IMG/VR virus record: IMGVR_UViG_3300037308_000174
Coordinates: 1 to 42,316 of that record
Length of the DNA stretch: 42,316 bases
Reading direction: 5' to 3' (one strand)
Origin: a virus
Lineage: Duplodnaviria; Caudoviricetes
The position numbers and the translations under genes were made by a program. Shown in pieces: positions 7,219 through 15,836 of the stretch (position 1 is its first letter; each line of letters begins with the position of its first letter). The notes beneath the pieces were generated by a model. It saw only the letters and a list, made by a program, of their open reading frames with translations. It made no database searches and was not told where the DNA came from.

Positions 7219-7562
7219 CCTGATCACGAGAGTGAGCCGCGCCCAATGAGCGAGCCGTCGACTTGGCGAGAACCAATCAGACGGAGCGAGCCGGGAGAGC
7301 GGAGCGAGCCGGCTTCCTAGAGAGAGCCGTCGAGGGTGAGCGAGCCGTTGCCTTAGCGAGAACCGCGACTTGGGAGCGAGCCGTTTTCCTCGAGAGAACC
7401 GTCGAGGGTGAGCGAGCCACCAACCGGGCGAGAACCGATCGGACGGAGCGAGCCATTGATCGTGCGAGAACCGACAACACAGAGCGAGCCTTGATAGTGG
7501 AGAGAAACACGGGCGGAGAGCGAGCCGAAGGACGGAACAGAAACGCGAAGTGTGAGCGACTT
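7212..7562 (+). ncRNA. TIGR-like tandem interspaced guide RNA array (20 repeats, 19 spacers of 9 nt)
   Basis: 9-nt repeats every 18 nt from 7212 to 7554, mostly alternating GAGCGAGCC and G(C/A)GAGAACC, giving 36-nt units. Confidence 0.88.
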
Positions 7563-7586
7563 AATCCCTAATACCAGGAGGCAATC

Positions 7587-7979
7587 ATGAGGATGCACTT
7601 GAGTTTTGAGCTAGGCCCCGAAGACGGGGCGTCCCCGGCGCAGGCCGTGACCGTCCTGAAAGCTATCCTTGGGGCCTACGCGGAGGCCTCCGCGAAGGTC
7701 TCCGCGAAGGTCTCCGAGCTCGAGCTAGTGCCTGCGAAGCCCCAGGAAGGCCGTGAGCCCGCGCCCTTGGCTTCCCCTGTTCCTGCTGCGTCAGAGGCCG
7801 CGGCGCCATCCCTGGACGACGTACGCGACGCCCTCATCCGCCTCGGGCGGACGACCGAAAAGACTGCGCCAAAGGCCCTGTTGGCCGAGCTCGGGGTGAA
7901 AACGGTGTCGAATCTTACCGAGGAGCAGCGGGCACTGATCCTCGCCCGGTGCCAGCAGCGCATGAAGGAGAAAGCATGA
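7587..7979 (+). CDS. Hypothetical protein of the type usually found upstream of DUF2800
   Basis: AGGAGG RBS; Pro/Ala linker plus C-terminal helical domain (SLDDVRDAL...ALLAELGVKTVSNL); 12-bp duplication at 7688-7711. Confidence 0.75.
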   Translation: MRMHLSFELGPEDGASPAQAVTVLKAILGAYAEASAKVSAKVSELELVPAKPQEGREPAPLASPVPAASEAAAPSLDDVRDALIRLGRTTEKTAPKALLAELGVKTVSNLTEEQRALILARCQQRMKEKA

Positions 7980-9184
7980 TCCGCCATCACCCGGACTTTC
8001 CCCCCTCCGGGGCCGAGCGTTGGACACGCTGCCCGTATTCGGTCGAGGCCTCGCGGGACCGCCCTGATCGCGAAACCGAGGCCGCCGCCCGCGGCACCGC
8101 CGCCCATATGCTCCTCGCCTGGTGCCTCAATGAGGAGCGTGCGGCGAAAGAGCGCGTCGGTCAGGCTATCTACCGCACCGAGCTAGTGCCGGGCGTGCCA
8201 CTCGAGGTGAGCGTTACCGCCGAGATGGCCGAGCAGGCACAGTACGCAGTCGACGCGATCACGGATCTGCGGAGCGATGCGCGCTTCGCCTGGTACGAGC
8301 ACGAGCTCAATCTATCCCGCTGGATACCGGAGGGCCACGGCACCGCTGATGTTATTCTCTACGATCCAACGAGCGGAGCTCTGCGGATCATAGATGCTAA
8401 GTTCGGCACCGGATACCGCGTGCCTGCGGCAGGCTACGACTTTCTGGGTAACCGGCAGCTGTTACTTTACGCGCTCGGCGCGCTCGATGAGCTCGAAGGC
8501 CTTCTCGATCTCGTAGCTATCGAGTTGATTGTCGTCCAGCCGCCTCTCGATCACATCGACATATATGAGCTATCAGTCGAGAGCTTGCTCGAGTTTGGCG
8601 AGCGTCTGCGCCAAGCCACAACGCTTGCCCTCTCGTTCCCCCCTCCGGCGTACCCAGGCGAGTTGCAATGCCGCTGGTGTCCGGCGCGAGCGACGTGCGT
8701 GCCGCTCGAGGCGCACATCCGGGAGACGCTGGTCGGCGACTTCGACCTGGACATGGCGCCGGAGACGGTAGTCGCAGATTTGGACAGTGAGCATCTGTCG
8801 ACGCGGATGCAGGCGCTCGAGCTCTTGAAAATCTGGGGTGCGGCGCTCGAGCAAGAAGCGTTCGCGAGGCTTGTGGCCGGCGGCGTAGTGCCAGGATGGA
8901 AGCTGGTCGAAGGCCGCACTCAGCGGCGTTGGGTCGACTACGACAAGGCCCTGACGGTGCTCTCGCGGCTGTTCGGCAAGAAGCAGGTTACCGAGTCGAA
9001 GTTACTCGGCATTCCGGCGGCGCAGAAGCTCGCCGGGAAGGAGAGGTGGCCGAAGCTGGAAGAAAAGCTGGTAGTGCGACCCGCGGGGAAGCCCACGCTC
9101 GTGCGTGACGCGGACCCGAGGCCCGTCTGGAACGGTAAGGTAAGTGCGGAGGATTTTGACAATGGCAACGACAGCAAAGAGTGA
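7976..9184 (+). CDS. DUF2800 family Cas4-like PD-(D/E)XK nuclease
   Basis: PSGAERWTRCPYS, GTAAH, GTAD, IIDAKFG, QLLLYALG, CRWCPARATC, PGWKLVEGR motifs; ATGA overlap. Confidence 0.9.
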   Translation: MIRHHPDFPPSGAERWTRCPYSVEASRDRPDRETEAAARGTAAHMLLAWCLNEERAAKERVGQAIYRTELVPGVPLEVSVTAEMAEQAQYAVDAITDLRSDARFAWYEHELNLSRWIPEGHGTADVILYDPTSGALRIIDAKFGTGYRVPAAGYDFLGNRQLLLYALGALDELEGLLDLVAIELIVVQPPLDHIDIYELSVESLLEFGERLRQATTLALSFPPPAYPGELQCRWCPARATCVPLEAHIRETLVGDFDLDMAPETVVADLDSEHLSTRMQALELLKIWGAALEQEAFARLVAGGVVPGWKLVEGRTQRRWVDYDKALTVLSRLFGKKQVTESKLLGIPAAQKLAGKERWPKLEEKLVVRPAGKPTLVRDADPRPVWNGKVSAEDFDNGNDSKE

Positions 9185-9734
9185 GAAGCCTATCTGGGAG
9201 CCGGACACCAAGAAGCTGCGGTTGAAGAAGGCGCGCCTGAGCTTTCCTGTGATCTGGGAGCCGCGGCGCTTCAGCGAGGACCAGGACTCGAAGTACAGCG
9301 CGACTTTCGTCCTACCGAAGGACTCGGCAGTAGCTAAGGCCGCAGAGGCTGCGGTGCAGGGTCTCGCAGTCGAGACTTTCAAGCGCACGGAAGGGATCAA
9401 GACGTGTTTGCACGACGGGGCCGAGAAGGCGCACCTCGCTGGCTTCGGTGCCGGCACCGTCTATTTGACGGCTAGCACCAGGGCGCGCCCGCTCGTCATT
9501 GACGGGAACGGCGCCGTCCTCGCCGAGTCCGACGGCAGACCCTACGCCGGATGCTACGTGACCGGGCTTGTGCGGCTGTGGGCGATGAACAACCAGTTCG
9601 GCCGGCGCGTCAACGCCGAATTGCTGGGCATTCAGTTCGTTGCCGACGGGGAGCCGTTCAGCGGCGGGCCCCGAGCCGAGCCCGATGACTTCGAGGTCGA
9701 AGGCGATGAGGAGGACGACTGGGCGTCGTTCTGA
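9162..9734 (+). CDS. DUF2815 family single-stranded DNA-binding protein
   Basis: ARLSFP..WEP, KYSATF, YAGCYV, GIQFVADGEPFSG motifs; acidic tail ending in an aromatic residue. Confidence 0.9.
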   Translation: MATTAKSEKPIWEPDTKKLRLKKARLSFPVIWEPRRFSEDQDSKYSATFVLPKDSAVAKAAEAAVQGLAVETFKRTEGIKTCLHDGAEKAHLAGFGAGTVYLTASTRARPLVIDGNGAVLAESDGRPYAGCYVTGLVRLWAMNNQFGRRVNAELLGIQFVADGEPFSGGPRAEPDDFEVEGDEEDDWASF

Positions 9735-9735
9735 C

Positions 9736-11637
9736 GTGTTGTACCTCGACTTCGAAACTTATTCCGAGGTCGACCTTCGACGGGCGGGGCTCTATCGCTA
9801 CGTGGACGCGTGCGAGCCCCTGCTCGTCGGCTGGGCCGAGGATGACGGCCCGGTATCGGTCGAGGAGCTCCGCGCAGGCTGCGTACCCGACGTGCTCGTG
9901 TGGGCCGCATCCGAGCGCGCCACATTGGTGGCCCATAACGCCCAGTTCGAGCGACTGGTGCTCCGCAGGCTTGGGGTCGATGTGCCGCCGGAGCGCTGGA
10001 TCTGCACCGCGAGCCTCGCCCGCTCGCTTGGGCTCCCTGGTGGTCTGGATGCCGTCGAGGCGGCGCTTGGGCGCCCAGAGGACGCCCGCAAGCTCGCGGA
10101 CGGACGGCGCCTGATCCAACTTTTCTGCGCGCCGCACACCCCGACCAAGCGCCACCCGTATCGCACCTACGGGCCCGGCACGCACCCGGCGGACTGGGCG
10201 CGCTTCTGCGCCTACTGCGCGCAGGACGTCGAATCCTGCCGCTGGCTCCATCAGCACCTGCCGGCGTGGAACCAAGCCCCCAGCGAGCGCCGGGTCTACG
10301 CGCTCGACCAGCGGGTGAATGACCGCGGCCTGCCGCTCGACATGCCCGCAGTCGAGGCCCTGCACGCGCTCACGCTTGAGATCGCCGAGGCGATGCACCA
10401 GGAGGTACAGGCCGCGACCGGCGGGGCGGTACGGCGCGCTACCGAGGTGGCCCAGCTGCGGGCCTGGATCGCGGCCGAGCACGACCTCGACCTACCGAAC
10501 TTGCGCCGCGACACCGTACACCGGGCGCTCGCGGATGCGGGGCTTCCCCGGGAGGTGCGGGCGCTCCTGCGCGCCCGGCTCGCCGGGGGCAAGGCCGCCA
10601 GCCGCAAGTACCGGGCGATGCTCGACACGGAGACCGGCGGCCGACTGCGCGGGGCCTACGTCTACGCCGGGGCGGCCCGCACGATGCGCTGGTCGAGCCG
10701 CTATGTGCAGACGCAGAACCTGTACCGGCCGACGCTCGACCCGGGGGTCGCGGTCGAGGCGGTGCTCTCGGGTGTTGATCTCGACCTCCTGTACCCATCC
10801 CGGGCGGAGCTTGCCGCAAGCGCGGTGCGCGGGGTCGTCCGCGCATCGGAGGGCGCTCGGCTGGTAGTGGGCGACTTTGCCCAGATTGAGGCGCGCATCG
10901 TCGCGTGGCTCGCGGGCGAGACCCTGGCGCTTGAGCGCTTCGCGACCGCAGGGGTCGACCCCTACGTCGAGGCCGCGCGGGACGTGGGCAGCCGCTCGCG
11001 GACGCTCGGAAAGGTCTTGACCCTGGCCTGTGGGTTCGGCATGGGGGCAGAGCGCTTCCGCGAGACCGCCCGGGGCTACGGGCTCACTCTGTCCGAGGAC
11101 GAAGCGACCGCCGCGGTCAAAGCCTGGCGGAAGGCGAACCCGGCTATCGTCGCCCTCTGGTACAGGACCGAGGAGGCCGCGCGGGCGGCCCTCGCCTCGC
11201 CGGGCAAGCGCTACCGCTACGGGAAGATCGCATGGGAGCTCGAGGAAGCACCTGAGATCGGGCGCTTCCTTACCGGGCGGCTGCCCTCTGGGCACCGACT
11301 CTGCTACTACGACCCCCAGGTCGAGGACGACCGCCTGACCTACGCCGGCCCGCACCCGGTATCGCACGCCTGGGGCCGGCGTGAGACCTGGGGCGGGACG
11401 CTCGTCGAGAATGCGGTGCAGGCAAGCGCCCGGCACCTGCTGGCCGAGGCGATGCTGCGGCTGCCGCCGGCCCTCGAGGTCGTCGGGCACACGCATGATG
11501 AGGTGATCGCGGAGACCCGCACGGACCCCGAGGAGATGCTCGGGGAGCTGCTGCGGTGCTTGCGCAAAACGCCCGACTGGGCGGACGGTCTGCCGGTCGA
11601 CGCGGCCGGCTACGTGACGGAGAGGTATCGGAAATGA
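9736..11637 (+). CDS. Family A DNA polymerase with 3'-5' exonuclease
   Basis: Exo LDFETYS, AHNAQFE, YCAQDV; motif A DFAQIEAR; motif B RTLGKVLTLACGFG; motif C HDEV. Confidence 0.95.
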   Translation: MLYLDFETYSEVDLRRAGLYRYVDACEPLLVGWAEDDGPVSVEELRAGCVPDVLVWAASERATLVAHNAQFERLVLRRLGVDVPPERWICTASLARSLGLPGGLDAVEAALGRPEDARKLADGRRLIQLFCAPHTPTKRHPYRTYGPGTHPADWARFCAYCAQDVESCRWLHQHLPAWNQAPSERRVYALDQRVNDRGLPLDMPAVEALHALTLEIAEAMHQEVQAATGGAVRRATEVAQLRAWIAAEHDLDLPNLRRDTVHRALADAGLPREVRALLRARLAGGKAASRKYRAMLDTETGGRLRGAYVYAGAARTMRWSSRYVQTQNLYRPTLDPGVAVEAVLSGVDLDLLYPSRAELAASAVRGVVRASEGARLVVGDFAQIEARIVAWLAGETLALERFATAGVDPYVEAARDVGSRSRTLGKVLTLACGFGMGAERFRETARGYGLTLSEDEATAAVKAWRKANPAIVALWYRTEEAARAALASPGKRYRYGKIAWELEEAPEIGRFLTGRLPSGHRLCYYDPQVEDDRLTYAGPHPVSHAWGRRETWGGTLVENAVQASARHLLAEAMLRLPPALEVVGHTHDEVIAETRTDPEEMLGELLRCLRKTPDWADGLPVDAAGYVTERYRK

Positions 11638-11969
11638 GATCAGAAACCGAGCGCAGCATCGAAGCCTACTTGAAGAAGCGCGTGACCGAGGCCGGCGGGG
11701 TGTCGTTCAAGTTCGCGTCCCCGTCGAATCGGGGCGCCCCCGACCGGCTCGTGATCTACAAGGGCACGGCGGTGTTCGTCGAGGTCAAGGCCCCGGGCGG
11801 GAAGCTGAGCGCAGGACAGGAGAGGTTCCATCGCGTGCTCGAGGCCAACGGGGCTCGCTACGGCGAAACTCTGTGGACGGTGTGGAGCAAGAAAGATGTG
11901 GACTATTTGTTGGCGTCGCCCCCCTTCGCGCCGCGCAAGCGTGGGGCCCGGACAGCGAAGGGGGCTTGA
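11634..11969 (+). CDS. VRR-NUC domain nuclease
   Basis: ERSIE, GAPDRL, FVEVKAPGGKLSAGQ motifs. Confidence 0.92.
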   Translation: MRSETERSIEAYLKKRVTEAGGVSFKFASPSNRGAPDRLVIYKGTAVFVEVKAPGGKLSAGQERFHRVLEANGARYGETLWTVWSKKDVDYLLASPPFAPRKRGARTAKGA

Positions 11970-11971
11970 GC

Positions 11972-12259
11972 GTGGACATTACGGTCAGAATCCCAGACGA
12001 GAAGATCGCAGCGGACTTGCGAGGCTATGTCGAGGGTCTGCTTAGTGGCCCAAGCTACTCCGGGGCTAAGGGATCAGAGGCCTGGCAGACAGTGAAGTCG
12101 ATCGCGCGAGAGCAGGTCGCCGCCATCGATTGGGTTCCGCTCGTGCAACAGGCGATCAGGGCGAGCCTGGCCGAGATTGTCGCCGATGCCGTGCGGGCGG
12201 AAATAAAGCGGCAGGCGACGGCACAGGCAAAACTGGTGCTGGCCGGTGCGCCGGACTGA
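11972..12259 (+). CDS. Hypothetical protein (95 aa)
   Basis: Fills the gap between VRR-NUC and helicase; helical composition. Confidence 0.6.
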   Translation: MDITVRIPDEKIAADLRGYVEGLLSGPSYSGAKGSEAWQTVKSIAREQVAAIDWVPLVQQAIRASLAEIVADAVRAEIKRQATAQAKLVLAGAPD

Positions 12260-13607
12260 CCTGCACGCCTACCAGCGGGGGGCGGTCGAGTTCATCCTCG
12301 ACCATCCTCGCTGCCAGCTCTGGCTTGAGATGGGCCTCGGCAAGACCGTCGCGACGCTCACCGCAGTCTCGGACCTCTACGAGCGCGGCGAGATAGCCCG
12401 GGCCCTGGTTCTCGCGCCGCTCCGGGTCGCGCGCCATGTGTGGTCCGAGGAGGTCGAGCGCTGGGAGCACACACGCTGGATGGGGGTGCAGGTCATCGCC
12501 GGGGCCCCGGAGGCGCGGCGCCGGCAGCTACGCGCTGACGCGCACATCCACGTCGTCAACTACGACTTGCTCCCGTGGCTCGCGGAGGAGCTTGCCGGGC
12601 GTTGGCCCTACGACATGGTGATAGCCGACGAGTTCAGCCGGCTAAAGTCCCGCTCGACCCAGCGCTGGAAGGCCCTGCGCCGACAGCTACCGCGGATCGA
12701 GCGCCTGGTCGGCCTGACCGGCACCCCGGCGGCGAACGGGCTGCTTGACCTGTGGGCCCCGACGTTCCTGTTGGACGGGGGCGCCCGGCTCGGCAAGAGC
12801 TTCACCGCGTACAAGGCACGGTGGTTCCACCCGCTTGACCCGAACGGATGGCGCTGGAAGCCCTTCTCGGGGGCGGAGGAGGAGATCAAGGGGCGACTCG
12901 CCGACGTCACGCTCGCGATGCGCTCGCGCGACTACCTCGAGTTGCCGCCCAAGGTCGTGAACACCCTACAGGTAGATCTGCCGCCCCGGTGCCGGGGGCA
13001 GTACCGGCAACTAGAGCGCGAGATGTTCCTCGAACTGTCGAAGGAGCAACGCATCACTGCGGTGAACGCGGGCGCGCTGATCTCGAAGTGTGCCCAGTAC
13101 GCGAACGGCGCGCTCTACGTCGAGGGCGACCCCGTGGACGGCGAGCGCCCGTGGGAGGAGGTCCACACGGCCAAGCTTGACGCGCTCGAGGAGGTCATCG
13201 AAGAGGCCGCTGGCGAGCCGGTGTTGGTCGGCTACGCCTTCCGCTCGGACCTCGCCCGGCTGAAACGCCGCTTCCCCCAGGCCCGCGACATCTACGAGAA
13301 GAACGGCGACGTCGTCGCCGCGTGGAACCGCGGCGAGGTGCCCATCCTGCTCGGGCACCCGGCGAGCATGGGGCACGGGCTCAACCTACAGGCGGGCGGG
13401 CGCATCCTCGCGTGGCTCGGCCTGCCGTGGTCGCTCGAGCTCTACGAGCAGATGGTCGCGCGCCTCTACCGCCAGGGGCAGGCCCGCCCTACGCTCGTGC
13501 AGCACATCGTCACCCGCGGCACGGTAGACGATCAGATCCTGGACGCGCTCGAGGGTAAGCGCACCCTGCAAGACTCGCTGGTCGACGCGATGCGTCGCGC
13601 GGCCTAG
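12246..13607 (+). CDS. SNF2-like superfamily 2 helicase
   Basis: LHAYQ, MGLGKT, IADEFS, LTGTP, GHGLNLQ, RLYRQGQ motifs. Confidence 0.93.
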   Translation: MRRTDLHAYQRGAVEFILDHPRCQLWLEMGLGKTVATLTAVSDLYERGEIARALVLAPLRVARHVWSEEVERWEHTRWMGVQVIAGAPEARRRQLRADAHIHVVNYDLLPWLAEELAGRWPYDMVIADEFSRLKSRSTQRWKALRRQLPRIERLVGLTGTPAANGLLDLWAPTFLLDGGARLGKSFTAYKARWFHPLDPNGWRWKPFSGAEEEIKGRLADVTLAMRSRDYLELPPKVVNTLQVDLPPRCRGQYRQLEREMFLELSKEQRITAVNAGALISKCAQYANGALYVEGDPVDGERPWEEVHTAKLDALEEVIEEAAGEPVLVGYAFRSDLARLKRRFPQARDIYEKNGDVVAAWNRGEVPILLGHPASMGHGLNLQAGGRILAWLGLPWSLELYEQMVARLYRQGQARPTLVQHIVTRGTVDDQILDALEGKRTLQDSLVDAMRRAA

Positions 13608-15373
13608 CTCTGTGCGCCGACCACCGTGCGCCCGGCATCGTCGATCCCGGTAGGGGCCGAGGCCTTGATGCACAGGTCCCCGCTCGTGTCGACCCAGAGG
13701 TAATGCCCACCGAGCACCAGCACAGAGTTGGCGTCGAAGGTTGCCCCGCCCGCGCCGGGTATCCAAAAATGCACGCCGTCGACCCGGTAGGCGGTTCCGC
13801 CTGTCAGGGTGACCGTTCCCGCGGCGGCCCCTTCGTAGAACGTCGCGATCCCCTGGTCGTAGACCCGGGTCTGATACGCGCCCGACCCCGTCTTCCCCCC
13901 GACGGTCCATGTCGAGTTAAAGAGCGCCCCGCCCTCCTCCGCCACGTTCATCAGGTTGACCTGGGTCTCGGCCACGGCCGACACGTCGACGTACTCGTAC
14001 ACACCCCCGATCAGGTTGATCGTCGCAAGGTTGTCCGTGCCAGACACCCCGATAGAGCCGCCCAGCAGGGCGACGTCGCCGGAGCCCGCGGAGCGGTAAA
14101 CGTGGCACTGGATAAAGCTCGCGCCGCCCGCGGTCAAGCCGTCCGCCGCGCCGTCGATTATCGCGCCGTTCGATCCATAGGCGTTGTCTATGAAGCAGCC
14201 GGAGAAAAGCACGTTGTACGCGGACTCCTCAAGCCACAGACAAGTTTGATAACCCGCGTTGCCCGAGTGCGAGTCGGCGTAGACATAGCACCCATCGAAG
14301 CGGAGATTATTGAAGGAAGAGTATCCTACATGCACGCCGCGCGTTACGCAGTTCTGAAAGCTCGCGTTCTGCGCGCCGAGCTTGATAGTGCCGGCGGTGA
14401 ACAGGCAGTTGACGAACGAGACCATGCCGCCCGTTGCCGAGATGTCGATCGCCGTTGCCGGGTAGGTTCCGCCGACCACGTCTCCGCCAGTGACAACATG
14501 CAGTATGGTGTCGTCGTTATTTTCAGTCGCGACCCAGGAAGTCAGCAGGCAACCATCAATCCATATATCCTCGAAGTGACACTGGTGACTCGTGCCGCTG
14601 GCCCAATTTACGGTCGTGTCAAGCCCGTAGTCGGCTTTCTGGTCACCCTGAATAAGAAAGCCCTGCAAGCGCATCGCCGTCGCGTTGCGGACCGAGAGCA
14701 CCGTGCTTGTGCCCGTCTTAGCCTTCAAGACAGTCATCCATCCGGCGCCAACGATGGCCGTAGGGTGGTCTGCCCAGTCCCCCACGCTCTCCTCTCCCGC
14801 GACCAGGTCGCTGGTGAGGTAGGTCCCGGGAAGGAGCCGAACGATCTTGCCGTCCGCGCGGGAGACGCTCTTGGCCGCAGTCAAGCACGCCTGAAGCGCG
14901 GCCGTGTCGTCGGTCGCGCCGTCGCGCGCCGCCCCCCACCACTCGGGATAGAGCTCGTGACTGCCCCCGAAGCCCGTAACGGTGCCGTCGCCCGTGAACA
15001 CTTGCCAAGGGCCCGCGATGAGCGGGCCGTTGAGCGTCAGCGTCTTGCCAGAGTCGATGGAGAGGACCGCCCCGGCCGGCACGGCGAGGGCCAGGCTGGA
15101 CGGCACAGTCACGTCGCTATCTATGCTCCAGGTGCCGGGGGCCAGCGCCAGCACGGCGTCGGACGAGCCGATAGCCCTGACCGCCGCCAGGAGGGCCCCG
15201 GCGGTGCGATTGGTGCCGGCCCCGTAGACCTGTAGCACATCGACGGCGTTGCCCCACCGGAGCCCCGTGAGGGTGCCACCGGTCGAGTCGGTGCGCTCGT
15301 AGGTCGCGGTCTTGCCATCCCACCAGGCGGCATCCGCCCGGGTCATCAGTGCGCGAGTGACGGTGCCTGTCAT
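13604..15373 (-). CDS. Tailspike with pectate-lyase-like beta-helix (putative depolymerase)
   Basis: PEWWGA..DGATDDTAALQA...LLPGTY entry motif followed by beta-helix repeats. Confidence 0.8.
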   Translation of the reverse strand: MTGTVTRALMTRADAAWWDGKTATYERTDSTGGTLTGLRWGNAVDVLQVYGAGTNRTAGALLAAVRAIGSSDAVLALAPGTWSIDSDVTVPSSLALAVPAGAVLSIDSGKTLTLNGPLIAGPWQVFTGDGTVTGFGGSHELYPEWWGAARDGATDDTAALQACLTAAKSVSRADGKIVRLLPGTYLTSDLVAGEESVGDWADHPTAIVGAGWMTVLKAKTGTSTVLSVRNATAMRLQGFLIQGDQKADYGLDTTVNWASGTSHQCHFEDIWIDGCLLTSWVATENNDDTILHVVTGGDVVGGTYPATAIDISATGGMVSFVNCLFTAGTIKLGAQNASFQNCVTRGVHVGYSSFNNLRFDGCYVYADSHSGNAGYQTCLWLEESAYNVLFSGCFIDNAYGSNGAIIDGAADGLTAGGASFIQCHVYRSAGSGDVALLGGSIGVSGTDNLATINLIGGVYEYVDVSAVAETQVNLMNVAEEGGALFNSTWTVGGKTGSGAYQTRVYDQGIATFYEGAAAGTVTLTGGTAYRVDGVHFWIPGAGGATFDANSVLVLGGHYLWVDTSGDLCIKASAPTGIDDAGRTVVGAQS

Positions 15374-15507
15374 GTCTGGTCCTCCGGGGTCTGGGTAGGT
15401 GCCTGTAGCGCGGCCAGAACGCTACGCACTTCCTGTAAGCGCCGCTCGTAGTCGCGAGCGAGCTCTAGCAGAAGCAGGACGATGGCCTGACGTAGCTCGG
15501 GACTCAC
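15370..15507 (-). CDS. Small coiled-coil hypothetical protein (45 aa)
   Basis: GTGA/ATGA overlaps on both sides, GGAGG RBS. Confidence 0.55.
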   Translation of the reverse strand: MSPELRQAIVLLLLELARDYERRLQEVRSVLAALQAPTQTPEDQT

Positions 15508-15827
15508 AGGTCGCCCTCCTCGGTGCCCGCCGGCAGCCGCCCGGTCGCTACCGCCCACGCCACAATCGCCGAGCCAAGCTGTCTCACCTTCTGCCGCACT
15601 TCTAGCGGCATGTCCCGCCAGTTGCCGCTGACGCTCGCCCCGCCTCGCTGCACCGCGTCAGTGTCGAAGAGCCCGAAAGACGCGGACAGGTAGGTCTGGT
15701 CCTTCAGCAGGTCGAGCTTGCCATCGCTGTCCCGCTGGTAGCTGACCCGCAGGCTCACGTCCACGAGCCCCGCGTCGAGCGAGTCGGGCAAGGTGTTCGC
15801 AATCGGTGTGGTGAATTTCAGTGCCAC
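15504..15827 (-). CDS. Hypothetical tail-module protein (possible fibre chaperone)
   Basis: GGAGG RBS; lies directly after the tail fibre. Confidence 0.6.
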   Translation of the reverse strand: MALKFTTPIANTLPDSLDAGLVDVSLRVSYQRDSDGKLDLLKDQTYLSASFGLFDTDAVQRGGASVSGNWRDMPLEVRQKVRQLGSAIVAWAVATGRLPAGTEEGDL

Positions 15828-15836
15828 GAATGCCTC

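Noticed and set aside
7212-7562. CRISPR array
   Set aside because: Repeats and spacers are only 9 nt with two alternating repeats; no cas operon (DUF2800 is a routine phage replication-module nuclease)
7263-7571. 102-aa ORF with ERA/ART hexapeptide repeats (and antisense ORFs 7277-7510, 7353-7598)
   Set aside because: A by-product of the 18-nt array; conservation is at the nucleotide level, with a TTG start and no RBS
12029-12037. Self-match to spacer gtcgagggt (also gttttcctc at 1002-1010)
   Set aside because: Single 9-mers are expected by chance in 42 kb and the partner half-site is not adjacent; my search was not exhaustive
13703-15235. Long antisense ORFs (also 20293-21549, 36579-37808, 40095-41180, 10492-11496)
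   Set aside because: Shadow frames of real genes in high-GC DNA, with no recognisable motifs
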